From the IMG/VR virus record IMGVR_UViG_3300029318_000026, positions 1-38,018 of that record: 38,018 nucleotides of DNA, one strand, 5' to 3'. A model generated the notes under the pieces. The model made no database searches and had not been told where the DNA came from. It saw only the letters and a list, made by a program, of their open reading frames with translations. Below, piece by piece: positions 20,905 to 28,939 of this stretch. The position numbers were made by a program, and so were the translations under genes. Positions within the stretch are counted from its first letter, which is position 1, and every line of letters starts with the position of its first letter. This DNA comes from a virus. Its lineage: Duplodnaviria > Caudoviricetes.

Positions 20905-22046
20905 GCCTGAGTAAAGATGAAGCAGACAAGCTCGCAAAGGCTGACGAAGTGGAGGCCCTGTCCTCTCAGGGGTACACCCACAAGCAGATTGCAAGCAAGC
21001 TCAACATCGCACCCTCAACCGTACACAGACGTAAGTCTGCAGGCGCTGCCATACGGGACAGGATAGGCGTATCCACCAAGCCCACCACCGTTGAGCGCAA
21101 GGACTTACCGTCCTTCGACAGGTGGGACATGCCTGGTGAGAAGCCAGACGACCTTGGCTACGATGACTTTGACGACGATGTGCCCATCGATGAGCTGATT
21201 AATGAGCGCAAAGAACGCTTCAAGCGCCTCGATGGTAAGAAGACCAGGCGCCACACACGCAACGTACAAGTGAGGCTACCAGGCCCTGTGGCCATCACAC
21301 ACTTCGGCGACCCTCACGTAGATGACGATGGCTGCAACTGGCCCGAACTCCTACGCACTGTCGAGGTTGTATCCAAGACAGAGGGTATGTTCGCTGGCAA
21401 CATCGGCGACACCACCAACAACTGGGTGGGTAGGCTTCAGCGCCTATGGGGGCATCAGTCCACCACAGTGGACGAGGCCATCAGGCTTGCACACTGGCTC
21501 TTTCATAGCGTGCCCTGGATGTACTGCGTACTGGGCAACCACGACAAGTGGAACCATGGCGCCCAACTGCTACGCTACCTGACGCAGGGCGCCAAGATTG
21601 CAGTGTTCGCCGAGAACACGGCGCGCATTGAGCTTGAGTTCCCCAAAGGCGACCCACTTAGAGTGGTCGCCCGCCATGACTTCAAAGGCTCCAGCATCTG
21701 GAACAGGGCCCATGGCCCGCTGCGTGAGTCCAAGCTCAACCCATGGGGTGACATCTACATCTCAGGTCATCGCCACATCTGGGTGAGCCACCATGAAGAG
21801 GGCACAGACGGCAAGCCACGCCACGCCCTAATCGTCAGGGGCTTCAAGGCTTACGACGAATATGCAGAGACGTGCGGATTCTACGAGCACCAGCACGGTG
21901 AAAGTGTTACCACCATCCTAGACCCGACACACCCCAGCCCGATGCAACGAGTGCAGATAGTGTGGGATGTCGAAGAGGCGGCGGATATACTCACATGGAA
22001 GCGTGGCAAATATGGGCTCACCTCTTACAGCAAGAGAAGACGCTGA
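20901..22046 (+). CDS. HTH-fused calcineurin-like metallophosphoesterase
   Basis: N-terminal HTH (GYTHKQIASKLNIAPSTVHRR); motifs GDPH, GD, GNHD, H and GHRH. Confidence 0.85.
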   Translation: MSLSKDEADKLAKADEVEALSSQGYTHKQIASKLNIAPSTVHRRKSAGAAIRDRIGVSTKPTTVERKDLPSFDRWDMPGEKPDDLGYDDFDDDVPIDELINERKERFKRLDGKKTRRHTRNVQVRLPGPVAITHFGDPHVDDDGCNWPELLRTVEVVSKTEGMFAGNIGDTTNNWVGRLQRLWGHQSTTVDEAIRLAHWLFHSVPWMYCVLGNHDKWNHGAQLLRYLTQGAKIAVFAENTARIELEFPKGDPLRVVARHDFKGSSIWNRAHGPLRESKLNPWGDIYISGHRHIWVSHHEEGTDGKPRHALIVRGFKAYDEYAETCGFYEHQHGESVTTILDPTHPSPMQRVQIVWDVEEAADILTWKRGKYGLTSYSKRRR

Positions 22047-22075
22047 GTGATAACGAGCCAACCCTCGCAGACCAC

Positions 22076-22249
22076 ATGCGCCCTGCCATGCTGCTCCTCG
22101 CAGCCGTGCTTGTTATTGGGCTGTCCGTTAGGCTTTGCTCTCCACCCACGACAGAGCCAACCTGGTACGAAAGATACATCGAAGAGAACTGCTCACGGTG
22201 TGAGCGTGAGGGTACGCCATGCTGTGTGACGATAGGTGCCCCAGGATAA
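22076..22249 (+). CDS. Small membrane protein, Cys-rich C-terminus (start uncertain)
   Basis: Hydrophobic segment MLLLAAVLVIGLSV then CxxC..CC; last + strand gene before the convergent block. Confidence 0.4.
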   Translation: MRPAMLLLAAVLVIGLSVRLCSPPTTEPTWYERYIEENCSRCEREGTPCCVTIGAPG

Positions 22250-22330
22250 AGAGGCTCCCAGCGGGAAGCGCCGATGAGGTTGAAGCATCAACTGATTGTG
22301 GTTGCACCCGCCAGGAGCCAGACATCCAGC

Positions 22331-22714
22331 CTACCACTGAATGTCGTCGTCCTTGTAAGGATTTGAGCTTGGCCCCATGCGCCCAGACTGAGGCGCGTTC
22401 TGCTTGCGAGAGCCGCAGAACTCAAAGCGGTAAGCGCGGATGTAAACCTTCTTGCGCTTGTTCCCCTCCTTGTCCGTGTACTCGTCGCACTTCAAAGACC
22501 CCTCGATAAACACCTCATCCCCCTTGTCCTGCGTGCAGATAAGCTCTGCCTGCTTGTCCCAAAGGGTGATGCTGTGCCAGTCGGTGGTCTTCTCACCCTT
22601 GGCAAAGCCTGACGTGGCGAGTGACACCTCCACTACCGGGGTGTTGCCAGCGCCCACGCGGCGCATCTCAGGTTTGGAGCCCAGTCGACCTTTAAGAATA
22701 ACGATGTTGGCCAT
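22331..22714 (-). CDS. ssb: Single-stranded DNA-binding protein
   Basis: NIVILKGRLGSKPE, TDWHSITLW, KGDEVFIEGSL and acidic tail DDDIQW. Confidence 0.92.
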   Translation of the reverse strand: MANIVILKGRLGSKPEMRRVGAGNTPVVEVSLATSGFAKGEKTTDWHSITLWDKQAELICTQDKGDEVFIEGSLKCDEYTDKEGNKRKKVYIRAYRFEFCGSRKQNAPQSGRMGPSSNPYKDDDIQW

Positions 22715-22829
22715 TGGCCATCCTCCTTTTCAGTGCCGCTCTCTTGCGGCGCATTAGAATCCTCAACTCTCTCTGCCAGCAAGGCTCACAGCGAACCTCG
22801 CCAGCACACACAAAACGCTTGCAGTCCAT
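22692..22829 (-). CDS. Small Cys-rich protein (45 aa)
   Basis: ATG with AAGGTG RBS; MDCKRFVCAGEVRCEPCW; fills the gap between neighbours. Confidence 0.45.
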   Translation of the reverse strand: MDCKRFVCAGEVRCEPCWQRELRILMRRKRAALKRRMANGQHRYS

Positions 22830-22834
22830 GCACC

Positions 22835-23032
22835 TTAGAGGTCCTGCGCTCCTTGCTTCTTGAGCCAGTCGGTTATCACTGCCCTGCTCAGCCTGCTTGG
22901 GCTCATGTGCGCGCCCAGGTTGCCAGGTTGCTTGTTGAACTCCCGGCAATAAGTCTCGATGGCTTCCTTGAGGTACTGCGGCATACGCACGCCGAGCACC
23001 ACCGTCTCTGTTGGTGTTGGCTTCTTCGCCAT
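22835..23032 (-). CDS. Ribbon-helix-helix-like DNA-binding protein
   Basis: VVLGVRMPQYLKEAIETYC...SPSRLSRAVITDWL pattern. Confidence 0.6.
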   Translation of the reverse strand: MAKKPTPTETVVLGVRMPQYLKEAIETYCREFNKQPGNLGAHMSPSRLSRAVITDWLKKQGAQDL

Positions 23033-23697
23033 TACTGCTCCTTCTTCCACTGGTTAAATCCATTACGACCTGCTTCGGTCCTAAGCTTGTCAAGCACCTT
23101 GCGTCGCTGTCCTTCATTCATCCCGCTCGGTCTGGGCATGCCCTTGGCCTCCAGGAAACCGGCAAGCTCGTTGTAATTTATGTCCAGCTCCATGGTCAGG
23201 ATGGCGCAGAAGCGCCCCCTGTTCTCTTGCCATGAGGGATGGTGCTTGGCCTTCCTCTGCTCTTCAGGGGTGCCGGTTGGCTCCTGCACCCCATCATCAA
23301 AAGGGACTTCAATCTCCGGAGGGCTGCTCACCGCTGCGTTGCCATCGTCATCAGGGTCATTCACGATGCCAAGGATGGCAGCCAACCCATAGCGTCTGGC
23401 GTAGGTTATACCTGAGCCATAGCCGTGAGCGTTCTGCTTCGAGGCCATCACCTTGGTGCATGACTGCACATACTCGCCACTCTCATGGCAGAGCATGGTG
23501 ATCACCTCGTCTCCATTGACTAGCTGTATGGCCGATAGACCATGCTTGGTAGCCTGACGCGCCGTGTCAGTCACACTCTCAAGCGTAGCGTATCTGCTCC
23601 TGAAGTGCGGGTTGTTGCCATCCATCGCTGCCTTCGGCTTGGTAGCCTGAAAGGCTGCAATGGCCTTGAATAGTTCCGGTCCTGGGTTACTCATCAT
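23032..23697 (-). CDS. erf: ERF-family ssDNA-annealing recombinase
   Basis: NPHFRSRYATLESV and the signature GSGITYARRYGLAAILGI..DDDG. Confidence 0.92.
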   Translation of the reverse strand: MMSNPGPELFKAIAAFQATKPKAAMDGNNPHFRSRYATLESVTDTARQATKHGLSAIQLVNGDEVITMLCHESGEYVQSCTKVMASKQNAHGYGSGITYARRYGLAAILGIVNDPDDDGNAAVSSPPEIEVPFDDGVQEPTGTPEEQRKAKHHPSWQENRGRFCAILTMELDINYNELAGFLEAKGMPRPSGMNEGQRRKVLDKLRTEAGRNGFNQWKKEQ

Positions 23698-23869
23698 TGC
23701 CCCCCTTTAGCTCCCAAGACACCACCCACTCGTCGGCGTCTTCGTCGTAGTTAATCTCCTCTGTGAAGTCCAGCAGCATGGTGTCATTGACCCGGCTACC
23801 TCCTAGCTTATTCTTGGCCAGCTCGACCATATCTTTGTAGGTGATCACCACCCTAGCCTCTGCCTTCAT
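23687..23869 (-). CDS. Hypothetical protein
   Basis: 60 aa, GGAGGAG RBS, coupled to erf. Confidence 0.55.
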   Translation of the reverse strand: MKAEARVVITYKDMVELAKNKLGGSRVNDTMLLDFTEEINYDEDADEWVVSWELKGGNDE

Positions 23870-23996
23870 CGCTCTCCTCCTTCTGGGTTTTCTCTATCCA
23901 CTGCGCCATCTCCTTGTAGGTCTGGTGTAGTGGGTGGTCAGGCTTGTCAGCCCCAATCTCCTTGAGCGTCAGCAGCGCTGACTTCTTACGCGCCAT
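23853..23996 (-). CDS. Hypothetical 47 aa protein (not in ORF track)
   Basis: MARKKSALLTLKEIGADKPDHPLHQTYKEMAQWIEK...; fills the operon gap. Confidence 0.5.
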   Translation of the reverse strand: MARKKSALLTLKEIGADKPDHPLHQTYKEMAQWIEKTQKEESDEGRG

Positions 23997-24001
23997 GATG
24001 T

Positions 24002-24238
24002 TCACCACTTCCTCCTCTTGGCCGGGGTGTAGTCGACTGTCGTGTAGTAACAGTGGCCATCCTCATTAGGGCAGATGATTGCACTGGAGCCATCTGTGAA
24101 CTCAATCCTCCACCCAAAAGACACCTGCCTTCTGTGGCTTGTATAATCTGGAGAGTCGCCCACCCATGTATCCCCGTGGCGGGATAAGCTTTCGACCGTC
24201 TTGCCCACTATCCACCGTTCCTGAAAGCCCGGCATCAC
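24002..24238 (-). CDS. Hypothetical protein
   Basis: 78 aa, overlaps the stop of the upstream gene. Confidence 0.55.
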   Translation of the reverse strand: MMPGFQERWIVGKTVESLSRHGDTWVGDSPDYTSHRRQVSFGWRIEFTDGSSAIICPNEDGHCYYTTVDYTPAKRRKW

Positions 24239-24828
24239 TTCCTCCTAGTGTGAGTGCCATCTACCCACTCGATGGTGACCACGGGCTCTCCGCGCTCATC
24301 GAGCAGGGGTGTCGCTGTCTCTGCCCACTCAAGCAGAGCATCCTTGTCCACCCGATAGACCACCTCCTCTACCTTCACATCCCCAGGTAGCAGGTGCTCG
24401 TTACGCTTGGACCAGACTGGCTTGGGGTACGTCTCCTTCTGTACCAGCCATGCCTTCGACCCATCGGGTAGCTTCATCGACTTGCCCTCCTCCTCGCCCA
24501 GGGTGGCTTGCCTGCTGTGGAAGATGGCGATGCCAAGCTCCTTGCACCTGTCGATGGTCCGCTGGTTAGCCTTGATAGCCTTCTGAAACGTAGCCACCTG
24601 TGCCTTGAGAGCCTCGATGTCCTGCTCAGCCCGCTTCTTTGCGAAGTCAATCCGCAGGTACTTCTCTGAGAGGTCACCCTCGTATTGGTTGAGCGCCTCC
24701 TTCACTGCCCGTGCAGCCTCAGCCACCTCGTCAGTCAAGCCCTCGTCAGCCTCCCTCTGGAACAACTCAGAGAGCCGCATGGCTAGCTCCTCGCCGTCCC
24801 TCATCAAGTCATACGTTGTCTTACTCAC
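24235..24828 (-). CDS. Siphovirus Gp157/Mu Gam-like coiled-coil protein
   Basis: GTG start with AAAGGGGG RBS; long coiled coil then LLPGDVKVEEVVYRVDKDALLE; near erf. Confidence 0.6.
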   Translation of the reverse strand: MSKTTYDLMRDGEELAMRLSELFQREADEGLTDEVAEAARAVKEALNQYEGDLSEKYLRIDFAKKRAEQDIEALKAQVATFQKAIKANQRTIDRCKELGIAIFHSRQATLGEEEGKSMKLPDGSKAWLVQKETYPKPVWSKRNEHLLPGDVKVEEVVYRVDKDALLEWAETATPLLDERGEPVVTIEWVDGTHTRRK

Positions 24829-25066
24829 TGGTCCCCCTTTGGAAATCCTCGATGGTCTGCACAATGCACTCTTGTGTGGGGTTTGCGCGCCACCCATCAC
24901 GCCTAGTCCGCACCTCTTCGATAACCCAGCACCCTGACAGCGGGTGACTACGCTCAAAGTGGATTGTCGCCTTCTGCGGCGTTGCTGCGTGTTCATAACG
25001 CCTTACGGCGGCGACATCTGATGCCCTAAAGGCTAACGACTCGCCGCCCTTAACAATGACTCTCAT
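24821..25066 (-). CDS. Hypothetical protein
   Basis: MRVIVKGG..., coupled to the methyltransferase-like stop. Confidence 0.5.
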   Translation of the reverse strand: MRVIVKGGESLAFRASDVAAVRRYEHAATPQKATIHFERSHPLSGCWVIEEVRTRRDGWRANPTQECIVQTIEDFQRGTSE

Positions 25067-25665
25067 CAACATAACCCACCCCACTGTGTTGCCATCGCGT
25101 CAGCGATGCCTTGAAACGTCTTCGACCTCACCTTCCACCTATCCTCGGAGGGCGGCAGGTTGTACCACTTGGGCAAACTCCTGCCCGACTTGGTAACGTG
25201 TCGCTCCCCCTTACTCACCACATTGCTGGGCTTAAGCTCAGGCAACCCGCTCAACCACAACCCAGTCTTCTTTGATGCGCTGTCTCCGAACTGCCAAGGC
25301 TGCACCCACTGGCTAGCCTTCATCGGCAGCACCCCGACAGGGTTCTCCATGCACACACGGGGGCACACCTCATTGGCTCGCTCCCACAGAGACATGGTCC
25401 ACTCGATAGCCTCAAGCCTCATGCTGTGCTTGGGCTTGCCCTTGCCGTACCAGCGGTTGCCAGACACGCATAGCGCCGTGCATGGCGGGTGCATCACAAT
25501 CATATCCCACCGCCCCTCCTCTAGCAGTTCACCCACATCCATCTGCAAGTGGTGCGGTGAGCCGTCGTCAGCGGGCAACAGGTCGCACGACCAGGCGTCA
25601 TGCCCCAGCGCCCGAAAGGCTTCGCGCACTGTGCCGCTGTACTCACACGCGATCAGCACTTTCAT
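25066..25665 (-). CDS. Short DNA cytosine-C5 methyltransferase-like protein
   Basis: VLIACEYSG (motif I variant), SCDL, HPPCT (catalytic PC), ENPVG, QPWQFG, KKTGLW and RSKTFQGIADAMA. Confidence 0.8.
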   Translation of the reverse strand: MKVLIACEYSGTVREAFRALGHDAWSCDLLPADDGSPHHLQMDVGELLEEGRWDMIVMHPPCTALCVSGNRWYGKGKPKHSMRLEAIEWTMSLWERANEVCPRVCMENPVGVLPMKASQWVQPWQFGDSASKKTGLWLSGLPELKPSNVVSKGERHVTKSGRSLPKWYNLPPSEDRWKVRSKTFQGIADAMATQWGGLC

Positions 25666-25849
25666 AGTGCCCCTCCTCTACTCGCCTAAGGTGGTAGGCC
25701 CAAAAGGCCTCCACCTCGTCTCCACAGGTTGATACAATGGGCGCACCAGCAATGCGGTTATGGACGTATTCCCATGCCGCCTCAGCGCGCCCGAACTCGT
25801 AGCCACTACGCCACGCCTGCTCCCTCTCATCTTCGCTACTCGCCTGCAT
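25643..25849 (-). CDS. Hypothetical protein
   Basis: ATG with AAGGAGG RBS; 68 aa. Confidence 0.5.
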   Translation of the reverse strand: MQASSEDEREQAWRSGYEFGRAEAAWEYVHNRIAGAPIVSTCGDEVEAFWAYHLRRVEEGHYESADRV

Positions 25850-26063
25850 CGACAACCTCCTTATGGATGCCCTTGATGACCTCCAGGCACCCCTCAATCC
25901 ACCTGATGTCCACCGCCATCTCATTAGCCCGGTTGGACCCAATGGGCTCTTCTCTCAGCACGCTGCGGCACAGGCTCTCAAGACTAGAGAACTCTCGTCG
26001 GTACCTTGCTTCCCTTGCCTGCTTCATACCCTTCGGTGTCAGACGCAAAAGCTCATCGCTCAT
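25836..26063 (-). CDS. Hypothetical protein
   Basis: MSDELLRLTPKG..., overlaps both neighbours. Confidence 0.5.
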   Translation of the reverse strand: MSDELLRLTPKGMKQAREARYRREFSSLESLCRSVLREEPIGSNRANEMAVDIRWIEGCLEVIKGIHKEVVDAGE

Positions 26064-26229
26064 CACGCACCCCCAAGTGCCGGAAGAATGACAGGTCAGA
26101 TACCTTAGGGTTCTGCCCGTCCAGGTCATCGAGCAGTATCTCGATAGACAGGCCCGCGTTGCGCACCTTGCCTTGCTTCAGCTCCTCGTAGATGGTCTCA
26201 ATAGCTCTAATGATATCAGCGGTTTCCAC
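26053..26229 (-). CDS. Hypothetical protein
   Basis: GTG with AAGGAGG RBS just downstream of the predicted promoter. Confidence 0.5.
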   Translation of the reverse strand: METADIIRAIETIYEELKQGKVRNAGLSIEILLDDLDGQNPKVSDLSFFRHLGVRDER

Positions 26230-26257
26230 GCTGCCTCCTTGTGTCATGGGTGTTGCG

Positions 26258-26286
26258 TACTTAGCACGCGTGTTGCTGGGTGTCAA
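26258..26286 (-). promoter_or_regulatory. Sigma70-like promoter
   Basis: TTGACA-17-TAAGTA with TG at the extended -10 position. Confidence 0.55.
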
Positions 26287-26304
26287 CGGAGTTGGCGCTG
26301 GGGC

Positions 26305-26559
26305 CTAAGGGTTTTTTTCAAGGTCGCTTACGAGGTTGTCCAGCTGGATTGCTGCGTCCTCGTCTATCGCTGCTAGCTCGTCTATGGCGTCGGCCACCTT
26401 TCTAAGGGCGTCCTCTCGCTGCAGTTGCCAACGCTCTTGCTCTGCCTCTCGCGCCAACTCGTTCTCTGTCGGTCGATCATCATAGTCAGGCTCAGCGTAG
26501 TACTCAGCGTGCTCCCTAGCCCCCTCAACGGTGCGCGTGTAATAGTCATGCTTGCTCAT
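26305..26559 (-). CDS. Hypothetical acidic protein
   Basis: GGAGGTG RBS, MSKHDYY..., 84 aa. Confidence 0.55.
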   Translation of the reverse strand: MSKHDYYTRTVEGAREHAEYYAEPDYDDRPTENELAREAEQERWQLQREDALRKVADAIDELAAIDEDAAIQLDNLVSDLEKNP

Positions 26560-26756
26560 GCTGTCACCTCCTCGACGCAGCAACTCTGTTCTATGTACTC
26601 AAGGTCATCTTTGTCTACGGTGACCCTGCCCTCTGCCTCGATGTGGTCAACGATGTCCGCAACGCTAGCGTGCAGCGCCTCAAGCAGCTGCGACCCGTCG
26701 ACCTCTTGGTCGTAGTCAAACCAGACATCAAATGTAAACCTGTACTTGTCTCTCAT
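26556..26756 (-). CDS. Hypothetical acidic protein
   Basis: AAGGGGG RBS, MRDKYRF..., 66 aa. Confidence 0.55.
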   Translation of the reverse strand: MRDKYRFTFDVWFDYDQEVDGSQLLEALHASVADIVDHIEAEGRVTVDKDDLEYIEQSCCVEEVTA

Positions 26757-26785
26757 CTCATCCCCCTTGGATTGCTGTGTTAAAG

Positions 26786-26930
26786 GTGCCCCCTCCCCAC
26801 CGGGGAGAGGGCGTGCGACGCCCACCGCTTACGCGGCGTGACTGGTGTGCTCAAGCGTGGGATTGTTTTGCCCCTGTGCTATCGCGTACGTCTCAGGCTC
26901 CCCCATCCGGGGCTACTCCCACCAGTCACC
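26786..26930 (-). ncRNA. Candidate structured intergenic RNA
   Basis: 10 bp inverted repeat GTGACTGGTG/CACCAGTCAC enclosing sub-hairpins, followed by three consecutive hairpins including a GUAA tetraloop. Confidence 0.5.
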
Positions 26931-26931
26931 A

Positions 26932-27105
26932 TTACCCCTCACTTACGTCGCTGCGAGGGCCGGGTTTAATCTCTCCCCTTGATTCCCTTTCCTCCACCCT
27001 GTCAAGGATGCCGTCTACGATGGAGTTGCGCAGGGCCACGCAGTCTGCGCAGAACCCCTCACCCCTCTCCACGTGGCTCATCATGCATCGCGGTTGGTCG
27101 CTCAT
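26932..27105 (-). CDS. Hypothetical Cys-containing protein (57 aa)
   Basis: Repeat-borne RBS; CMMSH...CADC. Confidence 0.5.
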   Translation of the reverse strand: MSDQPRCMMSHVERGEGFCADCVALRNSIVDGILDRVEERESRGEIKPGPRSDVSEG

Positions 27106-27183
27106 CTCATCCCCCTTGGATTGCCATAGCAATCAGTGTCGCGTAAGTGCTTATAAGTATTAGTGTTAATGCGTGGTTGTGAA

Positions 27184-27465
27184 TCATGCCCAGCCCTCCT
27201 CGCCATTGATGACGGCGTCCAAGTATTCGCGTTCCTCGTTTGCTTCCCATGGGAACTCATAAACCTTGTCGCCCGTCTTCGGGCTCACCTGCCAGTCAGG
27301 GTCATACCCTGGCAGCAAGGGCGCCCTATGGTGCAGCCAGTTCTCAATCGAGTGCGCCACCTCAGCAAGCCCGCGCTCGTGGTTATTGTCTAGTGCCTGC
27401 CATCGTCGCGCCTTGCGCGCTGCGTTCACAGCAAGTTCTCTGAGTAATACGTTGATGTCTGCCAT
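27184..27465 (-). CDS. Hypothetical protein
   Basis: 93 aa, AAGGGGG RBS. Confidence 0.6.
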   Translation of the reverse strand: MADINVLLRELAVNAARKARRWQALDNNHERGLAEVAHSIENWLHHRAPLLPGYDPDWQVSPKTGDKVYEFPWEANEEREYLDAVINGEEGWA

Positions 27466-27475
27466 GCTGTCCCCC

Positions 27476-28156
27476 TTAGTGCTGCTTTAGGTGTACGTGT
27501 GTCTGTCCCTTGTCGAAGCATCCGCCCTTGCCACATCGTGTGGCGCATGCTCCCTTGTCTTTCTCCCATGTCTTAGCGCATAGGTGGCGCTCTTCGCCTG
27601 TCAGGGTCTCGAAGGCCTCATCATCGCCGAAGAACATGGTTGACCAACCCTCGGCGTCGAGGCTCGCCTGCTCCTCGCGCGTTGTATCCACGTCTGTCGA
27701 CGCTTGGATGCGAGCGTTAGGAAACTCGCGCATGATGGCCACGATCAGGGGACGCATGCGCTTGCTACGCCATGCCCTAGTGGGTATCCAGAAGAGCCTA
27801 TCTGGGTTGGCGGTCAGTAGGTCGCGCACCCTGATAATATCGGACGGGTCGCGGAAGGCTTCACCCCGTGTCATGAGGCGCACCCTGTCGGTCTGGTTAC
27901 GCTTACGACCTAGCGTGTCGCGCAAAGCCTTGCCTGTCAGGCGTTGCCACGATTGCTCATTACGCACGTCGCGTCTGTCGATGTCCCGCTGGTACATCTT
28001 CATGAACTTGAGATTGAAGCAATCGTCGCATGCTGAGGTCCGCCAAAGGCACGAGCCCTTAGCAGCGACGCGCCCCTGGTCGTCGCGGATGGTAAAGATA
28101 GGCCGGTCGATTGCGAACATACCAAGGTCCGCGCAGTATCGGTGTTCTACATTCAT
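27476..28156 (-). CDS. GP88-like protein (radical-SAM-related, Cys-rich)
   Basis: SCLWRTSACDDCF Cys triad, RVRLMTRGEAF, FWIPTR, NARIQASTD and a C-terminal C..C..C..C cluster resemble the phage gene product 88 family. Confidence 0.65.
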   Translation of the reverse strand: MNVEHRYCADLGMFAIDRPIFTIRDDQGRVAAKGSCLWRTSACDDCFNLKFMKMYQRDIDRRDVRNEQSWQRLTGKALRDTLGRKRNQTDRVRLMTRGEAFRDPSDIIRVRDLLTANPDRLFWIPTRAWRSKRMRPLIVAIMREFPNARIQASTDVDTTREEQASLDAEGWSTMFFGDDEAFETLTGEERHLCAKTWEKDKGACATRCGKGGCFDKGQTHVHLKQH

Positions 28157-28219
28157 GGGTAGCTACTCCCGGTTTGAGTTATGGGTTGCTTATTTGCTTG
28201 GGTTTATCCACGTGCGGCG

Positions 28220-28444
28220 CTATTTTTCGATAGCTACGAGCCAACGTCCCTCAGGGCCTAGGCGCAAAGCATCTTTGCTCACCTGATGCTTTGTCATCGC
28301 CTTTGTCCCGGTCGGATCTATCGTTATCGATCCTTCTCTCAGCTTTTCGTTCACGAGCCATTTGGCGTCATCTGTATATGGTGCGTAGTAGCGCTCTGCT
28401 TGCCATGTCGATCGAAAATATGCGGTTCCGATTAGGTGAGTCAT
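28220..28444 (-). CDS. Hypothetical protein
   Basis: GAGGA RBS preceded by the AACCCATAACCCAAA leader motif. Confidence 0.6.
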   Translation of the reverse strand: MTHLIGTAYFRSTWQAERYYAPYTDDAKWLVNEKLREGSITIDPTGTKAMTKHQVSKDALRLGPEGRWLVAIEK

Positions 28445-28508
28445 GGTGTCCTCGTTTGGGTTATGGGTTGAAGGTTTGTGAATCGTTCCACGTGGTAAGG
28501 GTGAGCGC

Positions 28509-28537
28509 TAAATAGCACGCGCTCAGTGTGCTGTCAA
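28509..28537 (-). promoter_or_regulatory. Sigma70-like promoter with overlapping inverted repeat
   Basis: TTGACA-17-TATTTA with extended TG; TGAGCGC/GCGCTCA inverted repeat flanks the -10. Confidence 0.55.
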
Positions 28538-28549
28538 CATTGTTAACGG

Positions 28550-28939
28550 TTAGGCGTTACCGCACCAGTACTCTTCGCATCCCATCCCATGCTCTGGGCA
28601 ATGTGCGATGGACGCCTCAGCAAGCGCCATTTCGTAATCCCACATCACGCCGGAGATGTGGTCGAATCGTTCACGGAGGGCGCTCATGCATGCGTCCCTG
28701 TTGCACGTCGACGTTGGCGGCGCGTGGATGGTTGCGCCGGAGAGGGCTACCAGGGCAGGGGTATAAACCCAGCATCGCACCTGGAACCTAATCCCTAGCG
28801 CCCCCTTATGCTTGCCGCTAAATGTGACCCACCAATCACCCCTCTGCAGGGGGCCGTGGAAGTGCTCTGCAGTCGCTGGTTTTGGGTCGTCCATCATTGC
28901 GCGCCACCGCTTAATTTCGTCGTGTACCTTGTAGTTCAT
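28550..28939 (-). CDS. Hypothetical protein, C-terminal C/H cluster
   Basis: 129 aa, starts MNYK inside the 32 bp repeat; ends HCPEHGMGCEEYWC. Confidence 0.6.
   Translation of the reverse strand: MNYKVHDEIKRWRAMMDDPKPATAEHFHGPLQRGDWWVTFSGKHKGALGIRFQVRCWVYTPALVALSGATIHAPPTSTCNRDACMSALRERFDHISGVMWDYEMALAEASIAHCPEHGMGCEEYWCGNA

Larger units (their letters stand above)
26752..27124. repeat. 24 bp direct repeat pair (26752-26775, 27101-27124)
   Basis: Identical CTCATCTCATCCCCCTTGGATTGC, covering the RBS and start codon of two - strand genes. Confidence 0.9.

Noticed and set aside
24829-24996. N-terminal extension of the 253 aa ORF
   Set aside because: Overlaps the 24821-25066 gene; the GTG at 24828 has a good RBS.
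26838-26930. ZTP, c-di-GMP-I or yybP-ykoY riboswitch (GUGACUGG..GGGGAGC, GCACAGGGGCAAA, GGGAGUAGC fragments)
   Set aside because: Only isolated words match; the required stems and pseudoknots could not be built.
27510-28286. 258 aa + strand ORF
   Set aside because: Antisense shadow of the GP88-like gene with Arg/Ser-rich composition; the same applies to most short opposite-strand ORFs in the track.
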